Origin: Octopus bimaculoides | Lineage: Eukaryota | Reading direction: 5' to 3' | NCBI RefSeq assembly: GCF_001194135.2 | Contig: NC_068989.1 | Coordinates: forward strand, 27,323,253-27,373,142 | Length of the DNA: 49,890 nucleotides | Shown: piece by piece, positions 35,566-49,835 of the stretch | How the letters are laid out: every line of letters begins with the position of its first letter | How positions within the stretch are numbered: the first letter of the stretch is position 1 | The notes under the pieces: generated by a model | The model's database searches: none | The model's input: the letters and a program-made list of their open reading frames with translations, nothing else | Told to the model about the DNA's origin: nothing | Position numbers and translations under genes: made by a program

Positions 35566-37419
35566 ATTTTCAGTTATACATATTACAATCAGTTTTACAT
35601 ATAACAACTAATTGAAAAATAAGAACCGTGTTGCAAAGCATTGAGGACAGTTTTAATATTTCTAACATTTCGAATTATTAGGAGAAAATATATTTTGATA
35701 AATGTGAATAAGTGTCTTGACTAATCCTTATAACAGCATATGAAATATACTTGACTATCAAATTGTATATATGGATTTAAAGTAAATCTAGGTTTTATAC
35801 TATATTTTCGATTTATTAGCTAATCATTACTCTCCTTTTTTAATAACACGATATGTATCATTGTTTTGTCTTACACTATAAACTTGTAATGGTATAAAGC
35901 GGAAATGACAGTTATGTAAAGCGGGAATGTCAATTATGTCAATCTTACAAAGATATGTGTGTATGTAGATGCGCGTGTGTGTGTGCGTGTGTGCGTGTGT
36001 GTGGGTGATCGAGTGCATGTGTGTATGTAGCGTTCTCGTAACCTTCATTTCAACGTTCTGAAAGATGTTCACTAAAATGACTTTTCTACAAATCCTGTTT
36101 TTATGAGCTCAGGTACAAACGCTAAACCTAAAAATTATCTTAAAACGTTACGAAAGAATTCATTCAGAAAATCTTCCTATATTTTTCAAGATGACAACTC
36201 TTCGTCCTAAAATCATATATATAATACGGTAGAAGCATTGGAGGAGTTGTTTTGAGGAAAATGTGTTTTCCTACGCATATGCCCTTCGCCTACAGCTTAC
36301 TTTGAGCCATCAAATCCTTCTGGAGTCGTTGCGCACCGACATGATATTGGCACTTGGCATTTCGAGACATGCCGAAGCTCATCCTATAGGTAGGTTTTCC
36401 AGAAGAGAGTAAGTCAGACCAACACGAAGAAAGATTGAGAAGGATAGTGAAGAATGAACTCCTCTAAATGACTAGAATTTTATTTATCGATACTGAAACG
36501 ATAAAAGGTAAACTGAAAATTATATTCAGAGCGTAGGAAGACGGCACAATTAAGGCTAAGCTATCTCACCGACACACAAACGACTCACGATTCAGCCGAC
36601 ACACAGACACATGCACAAACACAAATATGCCTATATATGCATGTATGTAAGTATACACACGCAGACACATACACATATATATATGTGTATGTCCATAAAT
36701 GTTTAGGTATATATACACATGTGTGTGTTTTGTATATATATGAATATANNNNNNNNNNNNNNNNNNNNNNNNNNNNNNNNNNNNNNNNNNNNNNNNNNNN
36801 NNNNNNNNNNNNNNNNNNNNNNNNNNNNNNNNNNNNNNNNNNNNNNNNNNNNNNNNNNNNNNNNNNNNNNNNNNNNNNNNNNNNNNNNNNNNNNNNNNNN
36901 NNNNNNNNNNNNNNNNNNNNNNNNNNNNNNNNNNNNNNNNNNNNNNNNNNNNNNNNNNNNNNNNNNNNNNNNNNNNNNNNNNNNNNNNNNNNNNNNNNNN
37001 NNNNNNNNNNNNNNNNNNNNNNNNNNNNNNNNNNNNNNNNNNNNNNNNNNNNNNNNNNNNNNNNNNNNNNNNNNNNNNNNNNNNNNNNNNNNNNNNNNNN
37101 NNNNNNNNNNNNNNNNNNNNNNNNNNNNNNNNNNNNNNNNNNNNNNNNNNNNNNNNNNNNNNNNNNNNNNNNNNNNNNNNNNNNNNNNNNNNNNNNNNNN
37201 NNNNNNNNNNNNNNNNNNNNNNNNNNNNNNNNNNNNNNNNNNNNNNNNNNNNNNNNNNNNNNNNNNNNNNNNNNNNNNNNNNNNNNNNNNNNNNNNNNNN
37301 NNNNNNNNNNNNNNNNNNNNNNNNNNNNNNNNNNNNNNNNNNNNNNNNNNNNNNNNNNNNNNNNNNNNNNNNNNNNATATATATATACATCTGTGTGCGT
37401 GTGAGTATGTTTGTGTGTC

Positions 37420-37556
37420 TGTGTTTGTCACCCCAGCATCACTTGTCAACTGATATTGGTGTTCTTACCGCCCCCCCGTAACTTAGTGGTTCGACTAAAG
37501 GCGGTGCTCCAGCATGGCCACAGTCAATTGATTGAAAAAATGAAAGAATAAAGGAA
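37420..37556 (+). mobile_element. SINE variant (second tail type) with internal deletion
   Basis: CGACTAAAGGCGGTGCTCCAGCATGGCCACAGTCAA...AAAGAATAAA tail; homologous to 7425-7551 but lacks the segment between that copy's two GTCGAAC words. Confidence 0.65.
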
Positions 37557-37574
37557 GATATATATATATATATA

Positions 37575-37618
<44 letters not shown>

Positions 37619-38632
37619 GGTGAGTTGTCTGAATGTATGCATGCAATTCTATGTCACAGGTTGTCACTAGATATTCATAAACCTGACTAAGCACTTCATA
37701 ATTCGCCTAATATATATTTATTCATAGAAAATGATCACAGTTGATGTCCAGCATTCATTTGAGAAAAAGGAACGCGCATAGTTATCTCGTAAAAAGTAAA
37801 AACCTACATAAAGAAAATAGGGAAATATATAATGCATGGTAAACTCTCAGGAAATTTCGATGTGTCTGTGGTTCTAAAATTACTTTCTAACTCTGTTGTA
37901 TATAAATAGCCTACACATATAAAATTGTATATAAATCACTTGAATCACAACAACATAAAATATCAAGTCAGAAAAAGGAATCTTTATATATAATATGTTT
38001 GTGCCCGCATATTTGTGTGTGCAGGCATGAGTATATGTTCGTGTATATGTGTGTGCGCGCGCACTTATTGTTTATTTTGATGTTGCTGTAATTCAGATAA
38101 AGAAGAAAAACAGCGAAAGTGTATAGATTTTGATAGACTGTTGATGCCTTCAGACGTGAAACAGCTTAAACTGTAACCGTGCAGGGGATGTACATGCATA
38201 GAAATGTATGTTGTTTATTGCGTTCAATCGAATTATTTTGATTTCTAGAAAATCCTAAGAAAGCAGAGTCGAAAACACTTGTCGTTGCTCAACCAAACTC
38301 GCTTGAAATTACGAGTCGATTTGAAGTAGTAACGGAAGTGTGTACATTTTCATAATTACCTAAAGTTAGCGTTGAGAAGTACTGTTCTCATAGGCAGAGG
38401 CATCAACATAATAAATGTCAAACAGAGAGAGTGAGAAAGAGGGAGAGGTGTTAGAGTTAGGAAGTCAACTATAGAGTCTGTGTTCTTCCGTGCGGTAGAT
38501 TATCCATGATATACGGTCTCATATGGGAAATAGTCTACCAAAAAGAGTTAATCAGAGAAATAGGGAGAGAAAGAGAGAGAGACAAACAGAGAGGGATAAA
38601 GAAAGAACAAGACAATGGATAAAAGAACATGA

Positions 38633-38674
<42 letters not shown>

Positions 38675-40614
38675 ATACAGAGAGAGAGGGGGAGAGAGTA
38701 AGAGCGACAGAGGGGAGAAAGAGAGAGAGATACATACATATTAGAGAATGTATATAGATATGTAATGACTGAGTGATTGATTGCTTGATCGATCGATCGA
38801 TAAATATTCACTGTGAGACGAATTTGTATACATATGTATATATATATATATATATCGAGTGATAAATATCTTTGTATTTAGATATTACGCGCTATCTTGT
38901 TATTACACACAAGCACACACAAGCACATACACACACATCAAACACTCAGACACATACACACACACTCACATGTACATTCATAATACGTACGCTTCGGAAA
39001 TGCAAGAAAAGAAAACAACAACATTGCAATGCTAAAGTTCTTTCTGTTATCAACTTCTCACTTCACGTAAACGAATCGATCCTCCATCGTTTACAAATAG
39101 CTTAAGATTATATTTGTTCAACTCCTTTTGGTTTTTCCTTCAGAGTTATTATATGTTCCCTGTTCTGAGATTCTTTACTCCTTTTCTTCTTGAAGTAACC
39201 CCCCACCTATTTTTCTACTCTTCCGTCTCTCATGGTGTCCATTAGATTTAAAATTCCCGCCATTTTTAAACGCCAGATTTTGTTAGCTGTTCTGAAGGAT
39301 TTATTGTACCCAACTCCAGAGTCACCTTTGAACTTCTTTCTATTTGGCTCCATGAAGCATAAACACGAAGCATCAACTCAGTCTGCTATTTACTCTGTTT
39401 TCAACATTTGATACTTTCTTATTGGAAACTACAATTATATATTTATTTGTGTATATATGGTGCGTATATGTGTGTGCGCGCGCGTACCTGCATGCGCATG
39501 TGTTTTTGCGCGCGTGCGAGTGAGTATACATATGTGCTTACGTGAGTGCGTTTGCCCAGTGTCACACATAGTTATGAATGGGGGATATTGTTGTTTAATT
39601 CGAATCCAAAACGTTCTGCTACGTTTATTCTCGACCTGTTTACTGGAAAATTATTACAGGAATAAAACTTTAAAATTTTCAGGACGAGATTACATAGTTC
39701 TATCCTTTGCTCGGCGCCTGTACATGCTTTGAACATCCCCCATATAACTATCTCTTAAAATTTTGTCTCAGTAGTTAATTGAATTATGAAGCATTTTGTC
39801 TTCTGATGTCTCAAACGGAAGAGAATCAGACAGAATATATTTCAGTGTTAATAATGTTACTTTCGTTTCAGTTGAAATATTACTAAATTGTATCCCGGGG
39901 AAATATTTACTAGTTATATACAGAGACAAACATATAATCGATTGAAATCCATTCCTACAAATGTAAGTTATCTCCCAAAGTAAGAAATTATGAATAGGTA
40001 AATCTTAGCAGTCAAATTAGATAAATAAAAATCAACGTACACTACTCGTCTCAAAGTCCTTAAAATTATTTTCATCTGTAATATTATTGGACAAATAAAG
40101 AAATTAAAGTACTCAATGAAATTTAATATGTGTACTGAGTGTTTGCTAGAACGAGTCTTCATTAAGGCTTCGAATCTTTTAACTCGTTCCACTTGCACTT
40201 AAAATACAAATAGAAGAAACAGCGAAGTGGAAACTTTCGCTAAGCTTATCGATTAAACAATTATATTATTAACATTATGCAAATGTAATTAATATGATAC
40301 AAATGGGAGTGTTGAGGAGTAAAATGCTTTTACAATATCTAGCTTAGTACTTAACGTTTCTGCGTTCAATCTCTGCCAGCAGTCATCCGTTGTTCTTTTT
40401 CCTTCCGTGATTGGAGGGTGATGGATTTGTTATCGCTAATAAACAGGTGTCGTTGTATTCTACCAATTAGCTTTCCTTAAAAAGACGTTTCTGGTGCGAA
40501 GTTGAAAATAATTATTATGATTAAATTACTAGTAGCAGACATCAAATCTGCTGCAACTAATGAATGTGACAAGCACACGTAGATGCTACGTCGAACGATA
40601 GGACAGTCTTACTG

Positions 40615-40735
40615 ATTCCAGCAGCCTCTTACTACTGAATCAACTGCTATAACTGTACTATTGCTGCTGCCACTCATACCACTGACATTATCACTACCAC
40701 TACCAACGCCGCTGCAGCGGCTGCTGCTGCTGATG
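40615..40735. repeat. Decayed CTA/CTG trinucleotide-rich tract
   Basis: ACT/GCT/ACC triplet runs; explains the Leu-rich and Ser-rich ORFs here. Confidence 0.65.
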
Positions 40736-42119
40736 ATTTTTTCTTCCAATTTAACTGCTAGACTGCAGCTGATAGCAAAGCGTATGCTCTTCCCAGCTGG
40801 TTCTCGCACAACTGTTTCCTCAACTCAACAACCACTTCGCTTCCTTCTAAATGTTCTTCTTTTTCTATTTTTTATCCTTCTATACCTCGGTCTATCATCG
40901 GTCTCAGTTTCAAAACCTGGTTGTTAACTGTCTGTTGTCAGAAATTACCTACATATCTTCTCTAATGTAAAACAAAACGAAGTACAAAAGTATAACAATA
41001 TCAATATTAATAATAACAACAGTATCAATACTAATGCACAACTGGAAATAACTTCTATAATATTTATTTTACATTAAAATCGGATTCTGGAATTCTGGAA
41101 TGGTTTTAAAAATCGACTGAGAATGGAAAAAGACAAAGCAAGCATAAACCCAAAATATTAGATACATACACACACACACGCACATATATATATACATATA
41201 TATATGTTATGATTATATTTCTATGTATATTCTGGCTAAATACACTTGTTACAGAAATGTCACAACTTTTGTTCATGTTGTTTAACTGGCTGTATGGGAC
41301 GAAAAGAGAAATATCACATATGAAATTCAAATTATTGAATTACAAGAAAATTCCAGAATTAAAGTAAAGAAGAAAAACTAATACATTATTTGCTTATTTA
41401 TTATATTACTTTGAGGAAAGAACATGTTACACGAATACAGGCATTAATATTACCTTTAAACGCTGTCGTTGCATGGCAGATATGTTTTTATAGTGGTACC
41501 TATGCAAAGTTTATGCAAATTATAGAAATTTATAGAAAATCCTCCTTGGGTGGTTGTATGAATGACTGTGTATTTAGTTATCCCTTTAATACTATTATAC
41601 TTTTAACACGTGCCCATGGTGTCTTCCAACAGAATTACCCTACAAGGATCCAGGCAAAAACCAAAAGCAAGTTGTTTTTGTTTATGATTTAATTCTTAAT
41701 TTTACAACTGCTGTGTATATATATATCACCTTCCCGAGCGTCGAACTAATACACCTGCTTGTTGTTTATACACCTGTCTTCGTCTTTTGTTTTTCTGTAA
41801 ATTTCAACTATATGCATACATTGTATATATATATATGTATGAAGAACTGTTTATGGTTGTGTATGGTTATGTGGAGACATAAAACAAGTTGTCTTTCATA
41901 AAACAAAACGAAATTAATTGTTTTTGTTTGTTTTAAGTATGAGAAAAATTGAGTATAGAAAAATACTGGGAATAAGAAAAGGTGGTTACTAGTAACTCAC
42001 TCGTTTTGAACTGTACTTTCAACAAAAATAATAATAAATGCAGAAGTTGCATCCCAAGACAAGACTGTAAAACTTCACTTATATATATACAATACACACA
42101 CACACCCACCCACACATAT

Positions 42120-42195
<76 letters not shown>

Positions 42196-42849
42196 CAGAC
42201 ACACACATATGTTTGTGTATGAAGATGTTGCAAGATATCAGTGCCAAATGTAAATAGTTAACCAGTGCACAAAGTACAAGCAACATATATGTGTATGCGT
42301 GTGTGTATGTGTGTGTGTGTACATACATACATACACGGAATTAAGACGCATATAAGTAGAAAATATAGAAATACATAATTTTACACACAGGCATATATAA
42401 TGCCAAATATATGTATGTTATTTTAGTTTAACGTTCAATTAAGAATGTCAGTGTGCAGCATTCGGTGACGTTATACTGCCGGTACATCCACGGAGTTTCT
42501 ATCTAACATCAGAGTTCTGAAAATCTACACGTGAAATCTTCTATTGGAAACATCAGTTAATGAGCATTCGTCGATATCAAGGTAATTATATCTATTCATA
42601 TTTGCGCTTATACTTTGTAAGAAGAAAAAATATCGGTTTCTCTTATGTTAAATTATCGATATTCAGTGTATCCAGCATGTTTACTGGGAGTTATTTTCTC
42701 TTTTAAGTATTCTGATTTCTTTTTATATTCAAATCAGTTCAGAGATGGTTGGGGACCTACTTTTTATTCTTCTCAGCTATTGATTTCTAAGTAAGTTTTT
42801 TTCAGATTATTTAGTAATGTCACCAGACACATACGCACGCCACATTATA

Positions 42850-42915
42850 TGTTTCTGTACGTACGTTTGCGTGTGTTTGTCTACGTGTACGTATGTGCGT
42901 GTGTGTGTGTGTATG

Positions 42916-42950
<35 letters not shown>

Positions 42951-43441
42951 GTATGTGTGTGTGTGTTTGTGTGTGTGTGTGTGNNNNNNNNNNNNNNNNN
43001 NNNNNNNNNNNNNNNNNNNNNNNNNNNNNNNNNNNNNNNNNNNNNNNNNNNNNNNNNNNNNNNNNNNNNNNNNNNNNNNNNNNNNNNNNNNNNNNNNNNN
43101 NNNNNNNNNNNNNNNNNNNNNNNNNNNNNNNNNNNNNNNNNNNNNNNNNNNNNNNNNNNNNNNNNNNNNNNNNNNNNNNNNNNNNNNNNNNNNNNNNNNN
43201 NNNNNNNNNNNNNNNNNNNNNNNNNNNNNNNNNNNNNNNNNNNNNNNNNNNNNNNNNNNNNNNNNNNNNNNNNNNNNNNNNNNNNNNNNNNNNNNNNNNN
43301 NNNNNNNNNNNNNNNNNNNNNNNNNNNNNNNNNNNNNNNNNNNNNNNNNNNNNNNNNNNNNNNNNNNNNNNNNNNNNNNNNNNNNNNNNNNNNNNNNNNN
43401 NNNNNNNNNNNNNNNNNNNNNNNNNNNNNNNNNNNNNNNNN

Positions 43442-43484
<43 letters not shown>

Positions 43485-44060
43485 TGGGGGGGTGTTTATG
43501 TGTGTATGTACGTATAGGCACATATATGTGTGTATGCCTATATCTATATGTACATGCATGCATATATACATGTGTATATATGCACATATTTGTATATATA
43601 CATACACGCGCACGCACACACTCACATACACACACATATATATAGTTATATTTGTTTATACGCGTGAACACACACACATACATACATATACACAAAATAT
43701 CTATGATAAGTTCAACCGGTACATCTTTCTTCCAGGATCGGCAGATTTAAGGAAAGACCTGTAATGGTTTGCAAATAAATAGATAAATAAATAAATAAAT
43801 AAATAAATAAATGAATGAAAATGAGAGGAATGGTCCTTCATTTTGCTAAATTTCACTGAGAGGCGCTGTGTCCATACATACATGCATGCACACACGCACT
43901 CACACCTATGTATGTATGTATGCATATATGTATGTATCTATGTATGTATGTATGTATGTATGTATGTATGTATGTACGTATGTACGTGTGTACGTATGTA
44001 CTTATGTATGTACATATTTATGTATGTACATATTTATGTACGTATGTAAGTACGTATAAA
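42850..44060. repeat. Compound (GT)n, (TA)n, (AAAT)n and (TATG)n microsatellites around gap 42984-43441
   Basis: Direct reading. Confidence 0.9.
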
Positions 44061-44897
44061 TGTATATAGATCACTGCTTTCTTATATAAATCTTAGATAA
44101 TCCACTTCATTATTTTGAATTTCTCTTCTTCCAACCAACCCTTTTCTAAATCCCTAATATTTTACGCCGAGTTTTACAAACATGCGTAAAACTGACACCC
44201 AGTGTCTTTACATATGCAACAAACGAACTCATACACACGGAAGGATTCAAAGGCTCAAGCGCAAACAAGAAAATATTCAGATACACTCCAAGAAACACAT
44301 CGAAACAAGTCGCTGACTAATAAAACTAAAAAAAAAAACCATAAAAAAAAACTATAAAAAAAAATTATAATTGAAAGTATGTTAAAGTTTTCATACCAAA
44401 TATGTGTTATTCTACAAATTTGTAATTTTTTTCGTCACTGTAATGAATCTTTGGTGTGTAATTTAGAATCAATTATTTAATTTGAATGAAAGTAAAGAGT
44501 ATCAAAATTTATTTATATTTACAACGCACGGCACATTCTTACTTCTGTTTATCACACTCACCAAATACCCAAGCGCATAACAGTCCCCAGTCACTGTGGG
44601 GAGCTGTCACTGTTTACATATAGCACAAAATTAATCCTTATCATCGACTGCCAAGCCATTTCTACGGCATATCTTCGCTACATAGCAACCGATTCTCACA
44701 ACTCCCCGCACCTGCACCACCAGGGTCATGTGTATGTGCTTAAAGTTAAATAATTTTGGATAATAGATAATTTAGTAGAAAAATTATCACAGCCTCATGT
44801 TTTCCTGATTACATCGTTCCTTTTGCAGCTTCAGTAGCATTAATTTTTGCAGGGTTTTCAACTTCTCCGTGAATATTTAGCTACAACATTTACATTC

Positions 44898-45100
44898 GTT
44901 TCATATTTTGGCACAAGTCCAGAAATCTAGGGAAGGGTTAGATCGATTACAATGTTGAAATGGCAATTATTTTATCGACTCGAAAGGATGAAAGGCAAAG
45001 TGGATCTCGGCAGAATACGAACTAAGAACCTCAAGACGGACGAGACGCCCGATAAGCATTTTGCCCAGTGTGCTAACGGTTCCATCAGCTCGCCGCCTTA
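44898..45100 (-). mobile_element. tRNA-derived SINE, near full length
   Basis: Reverse complement of the head (AGCTCGCCGCCTTA), core (GAAAGGATGAAAGGCAAAG) and tail (GTTTCATATTTTGGCACAAG). Confidence 0.82.
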
Positions 45101-45108
45101 AGAACAGC

Positions 45109-45325
45109 AAAGCGGCGAGTCGGCAGAATCGTTAGCACACCGGCCAGACGCTTAGCGGCATTTCGTCTGCCTTTACGTTCTGACTTTATATTCTGCCGAA
45201 GTCGACTGTGCTTCTGATTCTTTCGAGGTCAATAACATAAGTATCAGTTGAGCATTGGGTTCGATGTAATCGACTTAATTCTCCCCGAAATTGCTGGCTT
45301 TGTACCAAAATTTGAAATTCATATT
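45109..45325 (+). mobile_element. tRNA-derived SINE, full length, head-to-head with the previous copy
   Basis: AAAGCGGCGAGTCGGCAGAATCGTTAGCAC head through CTTTGTACCAAAATTTGAAA tail. Confidence 0.85.
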
Positions 45326-45514
45326 AAGACCAACAATAATGACTTTTCTGTATGTACATGTATAAAGTTATAAAACAAATCTAATGGTAGCAGGCAGTAT
45401 GGGTCTGCTGATAAACGTAACGTAATGTTCCGTACAAAATTAAGTGATATATACCACACAACCTACGTAACATTTGCTTCTCCAACAACATTTACAATAA
45501 CCAACAATAACATT

Positions 45515-45800
45515 TCAGGAGTCAACAAGTCTTGTCGCATGACTTGCTAGACATAGCAGCCCAATATATTTCAAATGACATTCTACCGCCTTGAAAAAGG
45601 AGAGAGGTATATTTAATAATATAGTCCCTGATATGCGATGTCGACAAAGGTCTGCGTTGTCATTGCCTAAAATCCTGACGGCCTGCAGTGTCATCAACAA
45701 CAAAGAGAAGTCACTGTCTGTAAATATTTCGCATTTATTATCAATACGAGCTAAGAAAATCAACAAGCCAAATAAAATCTATCTACGTGATCGTTTTGAG
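45515..45800 (-). mobile_element. RNase H domain relic, probably from an I-group LINE
   Basis: FLARIDNKCEIFTDS...ILGNDNADL...NIPLSFFK: IFTDS and GNxxAD motifs with the intervening region shortened. Confidence 0.45.
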
Positions 45801-46624
45801 CTGCTAGAAATAACAATTAATTCTGTCAAATAACATTCCGTCGTCTTCTAACGAAATCACACATTTTCCTAGAATATAAAACAAAATATACGAGATCTGT
45901 TACAGCTTCAACACCTTTGGTCATGCATTTACTCAATGACTGTTGACATGAGGCTAGCAACATCATGAGGGGGACAATTCCCTAAAACACATTTATTGTC
46001 AGCCATGCTTGTTTTGTGTATTTGTTGTTGTTGCTTTGACCCAGGTCATTCTCTAAGAAAATTATATGTTCTTTACAAAATATAACAAAAACAAAAAAAC
46101 CCCAGTTTTGTTGTAATATACATCGGCAGGTCACTCGCGCATTCGATGTTCTGGGGATGGGATATTGAGGATTGTTTTGTTGTTTTGTTACTTAATTAGG
46201 GGACAGAAGGCAGGGTCCACATCCCTTTCTAAGTTATACCTTATAATGTTGGAGGAGTGTATTCGTGTCATAACTGTAAATGTTCCAGCCTTTCAAAGCT
46301 CATTTCTATCCATCTTGTGTGCCTCCAGGTCGATTGTGATTGAGGTCACCTATAAAAAAAGGTATACCAACTACGGTCATCGCACTTATAATATTATGTA
46401 GAAAAGGAAAGCTTAATCTAATACATCTGTTTTTAAGTTCTTAAGAGGCTGATATGTATATTAGAGATATTAAGCTGCCATCTCTAGCAGACATAGTGAC
46501 TACATAGACGCTCCTACGCTGGATCGTATTCATATCATTCTCGTCATTCCCTGTGTTTAATGTATTTATTGACTATACTGTTCATATATATATATATACA
46601 TATCTGTGTATGTGTGTATGTATG

Positions 46625-46675
<51 letters not shown>

Positions 46676-46854
46676 ATGTGTGTGTGCATATATATACAGG
46701 CACGCACGCATGCATGCATACATACATACATACATACATAATCTGTGAAGTACACGTGAACCTTTAGTCCGCAATACTGTTTCGATTCCATCTGCTAATG
46801 TCATCGAAATAATGCTTACGCATCACTACTTATCAATTCTTCATCATCATCCTT

Positions 46855-46855
46855 A

Positions 46856-46901
<46 letters not shown>
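46855..46901. repeat. (CTA)n microsatellite
   Basis: Direct reading. Confidence 0.95.
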
Positions 46902-46902
<1 letters not shown>

Positions 46903-47599
46903 AAGCTCAGACCACTATCTTTCCCACGAAAGGAAAGTATTATTGCCATCAATATTTTTTTCTCTTCATATTGGAACGTCTAAACCTGTTTGACCATAAA
47001 CAGACCCGATAATGTTATACTATTTTCACTTCAGTTATACTAATAACACCACCTTTGGCAAGAAAATCAAAGCTACAGACTTCCATTTCTCTTTTTGTAA
47101 ATAAATTTTAAACTTGATATTAAACCAATAAGAAATAGATACCAGAAGATGGATATAGATTTCATCCATTCAGAGACCAATAAAATATGATTCAGTGAAT
47201 TACGAGGATCGATATAATCGAATACACCCTCCTAACTAAATGTAAAGCGTTGTGTTTATGTTATAAATCTTAGCATCTTGGCCGCGACGAGACGAATAAC
47301 CAGTAATACAGTGTTAATTCACAGTTAGAAGTATTTTTGTGCTAAGTAAATGTAATTGTTAAGAAGAAATATATTGGCGTCCGAACCTCTTACTCGTCAA
47401 ATATAGCAAATATAAAGATTTGTTAAGTCAACTGCTGTTAACTCTACTATTAATGATATAACAAATGGGGATGCTGACGGTGGCGTTAGTGATGGTAAAA
47501 CTGTCACATGGAGTCTGATTTGAAAGCGCTAGTCACATTGTTCATTTGTATGTTTGTGATTTTTCTTGTAGCCGAAGAAGCTGCGAGCATTTTAAATGA

Positions 47600-48100
47600 T
47601 AATGTTTCTACTTTAGGCCAGCAATTTGGAACGGTGGGGAATTGGTTGATAGCATTGTTCCCTGTACTTGACTGAACTATATTTTATCTATTCCAGAGGG
47701 ATAAAAAAGTGAAACTGACTTGCTGATTACAGCAAGATTTTAAATCATAACAACATTTTAGAAGCTTTTGCGATGCTCTTACCATTCAGTAGTCTGGACG
47801 TTTTAATAATTCTTTCTACTATAGCCAAAAATTTTGTAAAAGGGAAATAGTCAATTATATCGTTCCCTGTGCTCAACTGGTATATAATTTAACGGAAACG
47901 AAGGATGAAGGGCAAAGTTGGCCTCAAAGGAAATTCAGATCAGCATGTACAGAGCCGGAAGAAGTGACTTTGGAATTTTGTCCAACGCTGTAACAATTCT
48001 GTCACCGAGTCACCTTCTTAATAATGGTTTAGGTGCAAAGCCAGTAATTTTGAGGAGATGTGTTTAATCGATACCATTCTTCCCACTAATTGACCGGTGA
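47600..48100 (-). mobile_element. Cluster of three co-oriented degraded SINE pieces
   Basis: Tail fragment ~47600-47692, near-full copy ~47823-48020 (GAAGGATGAAGGGCAAAGTTGGCC) and second tail ~48022-48100. Confidence 0.6.
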
Positions 48101-49643
48101 AAAAACAGACTCATTATAGAAAAACGCATATTTGTTTATAAATACAAATAAATATACGTTAACAAATAAAGGTAACCAAAACAAAAATGAGTGAGAATAC
48201 GAACATCAAGATTTAGCTTAGAGTACTTATATGACATCGAACTTCGTTGCTTTTAGTATTATACTCTAGAACGTTCAAGAGTATCTTCGATAATGTACTA
48301 GGCTCGTTATCAGCAACTTCGTACATTATGCTTACTTCAATTGTAGTTCTTCATAGACAACTGATTTGGTTTACACAAGCAGTCAATCTTTTAAATTTCA
48401 CAAAACTTGATCACATCCTTACTAAATAATTACAAGATTCTTTCTTGTTCCATTATTTTTCTTTTTCATCTTTTCGTTCTGTCGTTTCAAAGAAATGTGA
48501 TTCTAATGACTTGTCAGTATTAGATGGGTTTGCTTTATTGGATCTTGATTGGCTAAATGCCTACTCTCGCTTTTCTTTGCGAATATGTTCTTCTTTTTTT
48601 ATTCCTACTGTCATAGCAACTTACCACCTTTGCTGCCTTGCAACAGTAAGTGTATTGCTCGAAGAGTAAATCTCAGTTTTCTACTCATCGATTCCTGACA
48701 CTAAGAAAAAGATTACTTTTTTTTACGATATACCTAGAGCTACAACTATTTATACTCTGGAAATGAAAAAAAAATAATGGTTCTCGCGTTTGCATTTGTC
48801 CGCCTAGTTCATTCATCAGTGATTTTTATTTAGAATAAGAAGAAAGCAATTTTATAGACACTTACTGCCACACATAAACCAACTGAGCTTTCTGCTCCCA
48901 CCTCATCAGTCTATTGTTTTTCTATACTTACAGTGAGTAGAATTATTTCATAAATTTGCAATCTTGGGAGTCATAACATATTGATATTAAATGCAAAAAA
49001 ATCCATCTCATTGTATTCTTGTTGCCTCTATATCCACACGATGACTAGTGCAATGGATCAATATCATTATCAAAGTCGTTAAAGAGAATCAATGCTACCT
49101 CTTTTCATACATTGCCCCATCGCCATATGTACACTTGTTTGAAGCATCAATTCCACCTATTGCATGCATCTTCCCGGATGTTAAACTCCAGGCAGTCAAT
49201 CCTACACCCAAAGCCTCCCTATGTATGACAAGATATGGCCTGAAACAAATATTATTCCACACATCAGCAATTGTTTTCTCCCATCGCTTCCATTGTAGAT
49301 ATATTGACACCCCAACCTACGTTTAGGAAAAACAGAATTATGCCACCCCACTCTTTTATTGCAAGACGTCACTGTCCCTTCTAACATTCCTATGCTCTTT
49401 TCTTTTCCGACTTATATGAAGTAGCTTCATCTGATTAGTAATACCACTAAAATTATTCCGAGTACTGTTACTGCTAATGAGGTTTGAACAATCGCTCTTT
49501 ACATTTGCTAGAGTGCGCTGCTGTATATCCAAGATTCAGTCATTGGGCTGCAACCATACAGGATACTACATTGAAGGGATTAGTACACACACCCATACAT
49601 ACATACATACATACATACACACATACTTACATACGTACGTAAT

Positions 49644-49699
<56 letters not shown>

Positions 49700-49710
<11 letters not shown>

Positions 49711-49835
49711 CAGCGTACTTCCACACATTTCCGACAAGCAAATTTATTCGCAGGTCATTGGTCGATTTCGGTGAGACACTTGATCAAAGAGCTAAGCCGG
49801 GCGACTGAAAGTGTATACAAATCAAGTATCATAAC
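49700..49835 (-). mobile_element. Possible degraded SINE of a third family
   Basis: Minus strand TTCAGTCG...CTTTGATCAAGTGTCT resembles a tRNA B-box followed by CTTGGGCAAGTGTCT from recall; no second copy in the window to confirm. Confidence 0.3.

Noticed and set aside
36296-36408. Candidate plus-strand exon (CCTACAG acceptor; GTAGGT or GTAAGT donors)
   Set aside because: Peptide is unrecognised and there are no partner exons; isolated splice-like pairs are common by chance.
38249-38337. Candidate exon ENPKKAESKTLVVAQPNSLEITSRFEVVTE
   Set aside because: Weak donor (GTGTGT) and no homology recognised.
46165-46400. Minus-strand FFIGDLNH resembling APE endonuclease GDFN
   Set aside because: One short motif only, and too close to the RNase H relic to fit an intact LINE; not supportable alone.
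8382-46804. Many long ORFs in the track rich in X, YI, CV or HT
   Set aside because: They are translations of N-gaps and dinucleotide microsatellites, not genes.
48240-48694. Minus-strand 70-bp candidate exon (48625-48694) and a charged frame faintly like an importin-alpha IBB domain
   Set aside because: Multiple stops, similarity limited to a K/R/E-rich patch, and no ARM repeats recognisable.
48880-48912. Minus-strand CTGATGA-GGTGGGAGCA-GAAA-GC-TC
   Set aside because: Palindromic stem III, but neither stem I nor stem II forms.
49095-49310. SGKMHAIGGID resembling a Kelch repeat
   Set aside because: Spacing from the upstream GV is wrong, the YD/W positions are absent, and there is a single isolated motif.
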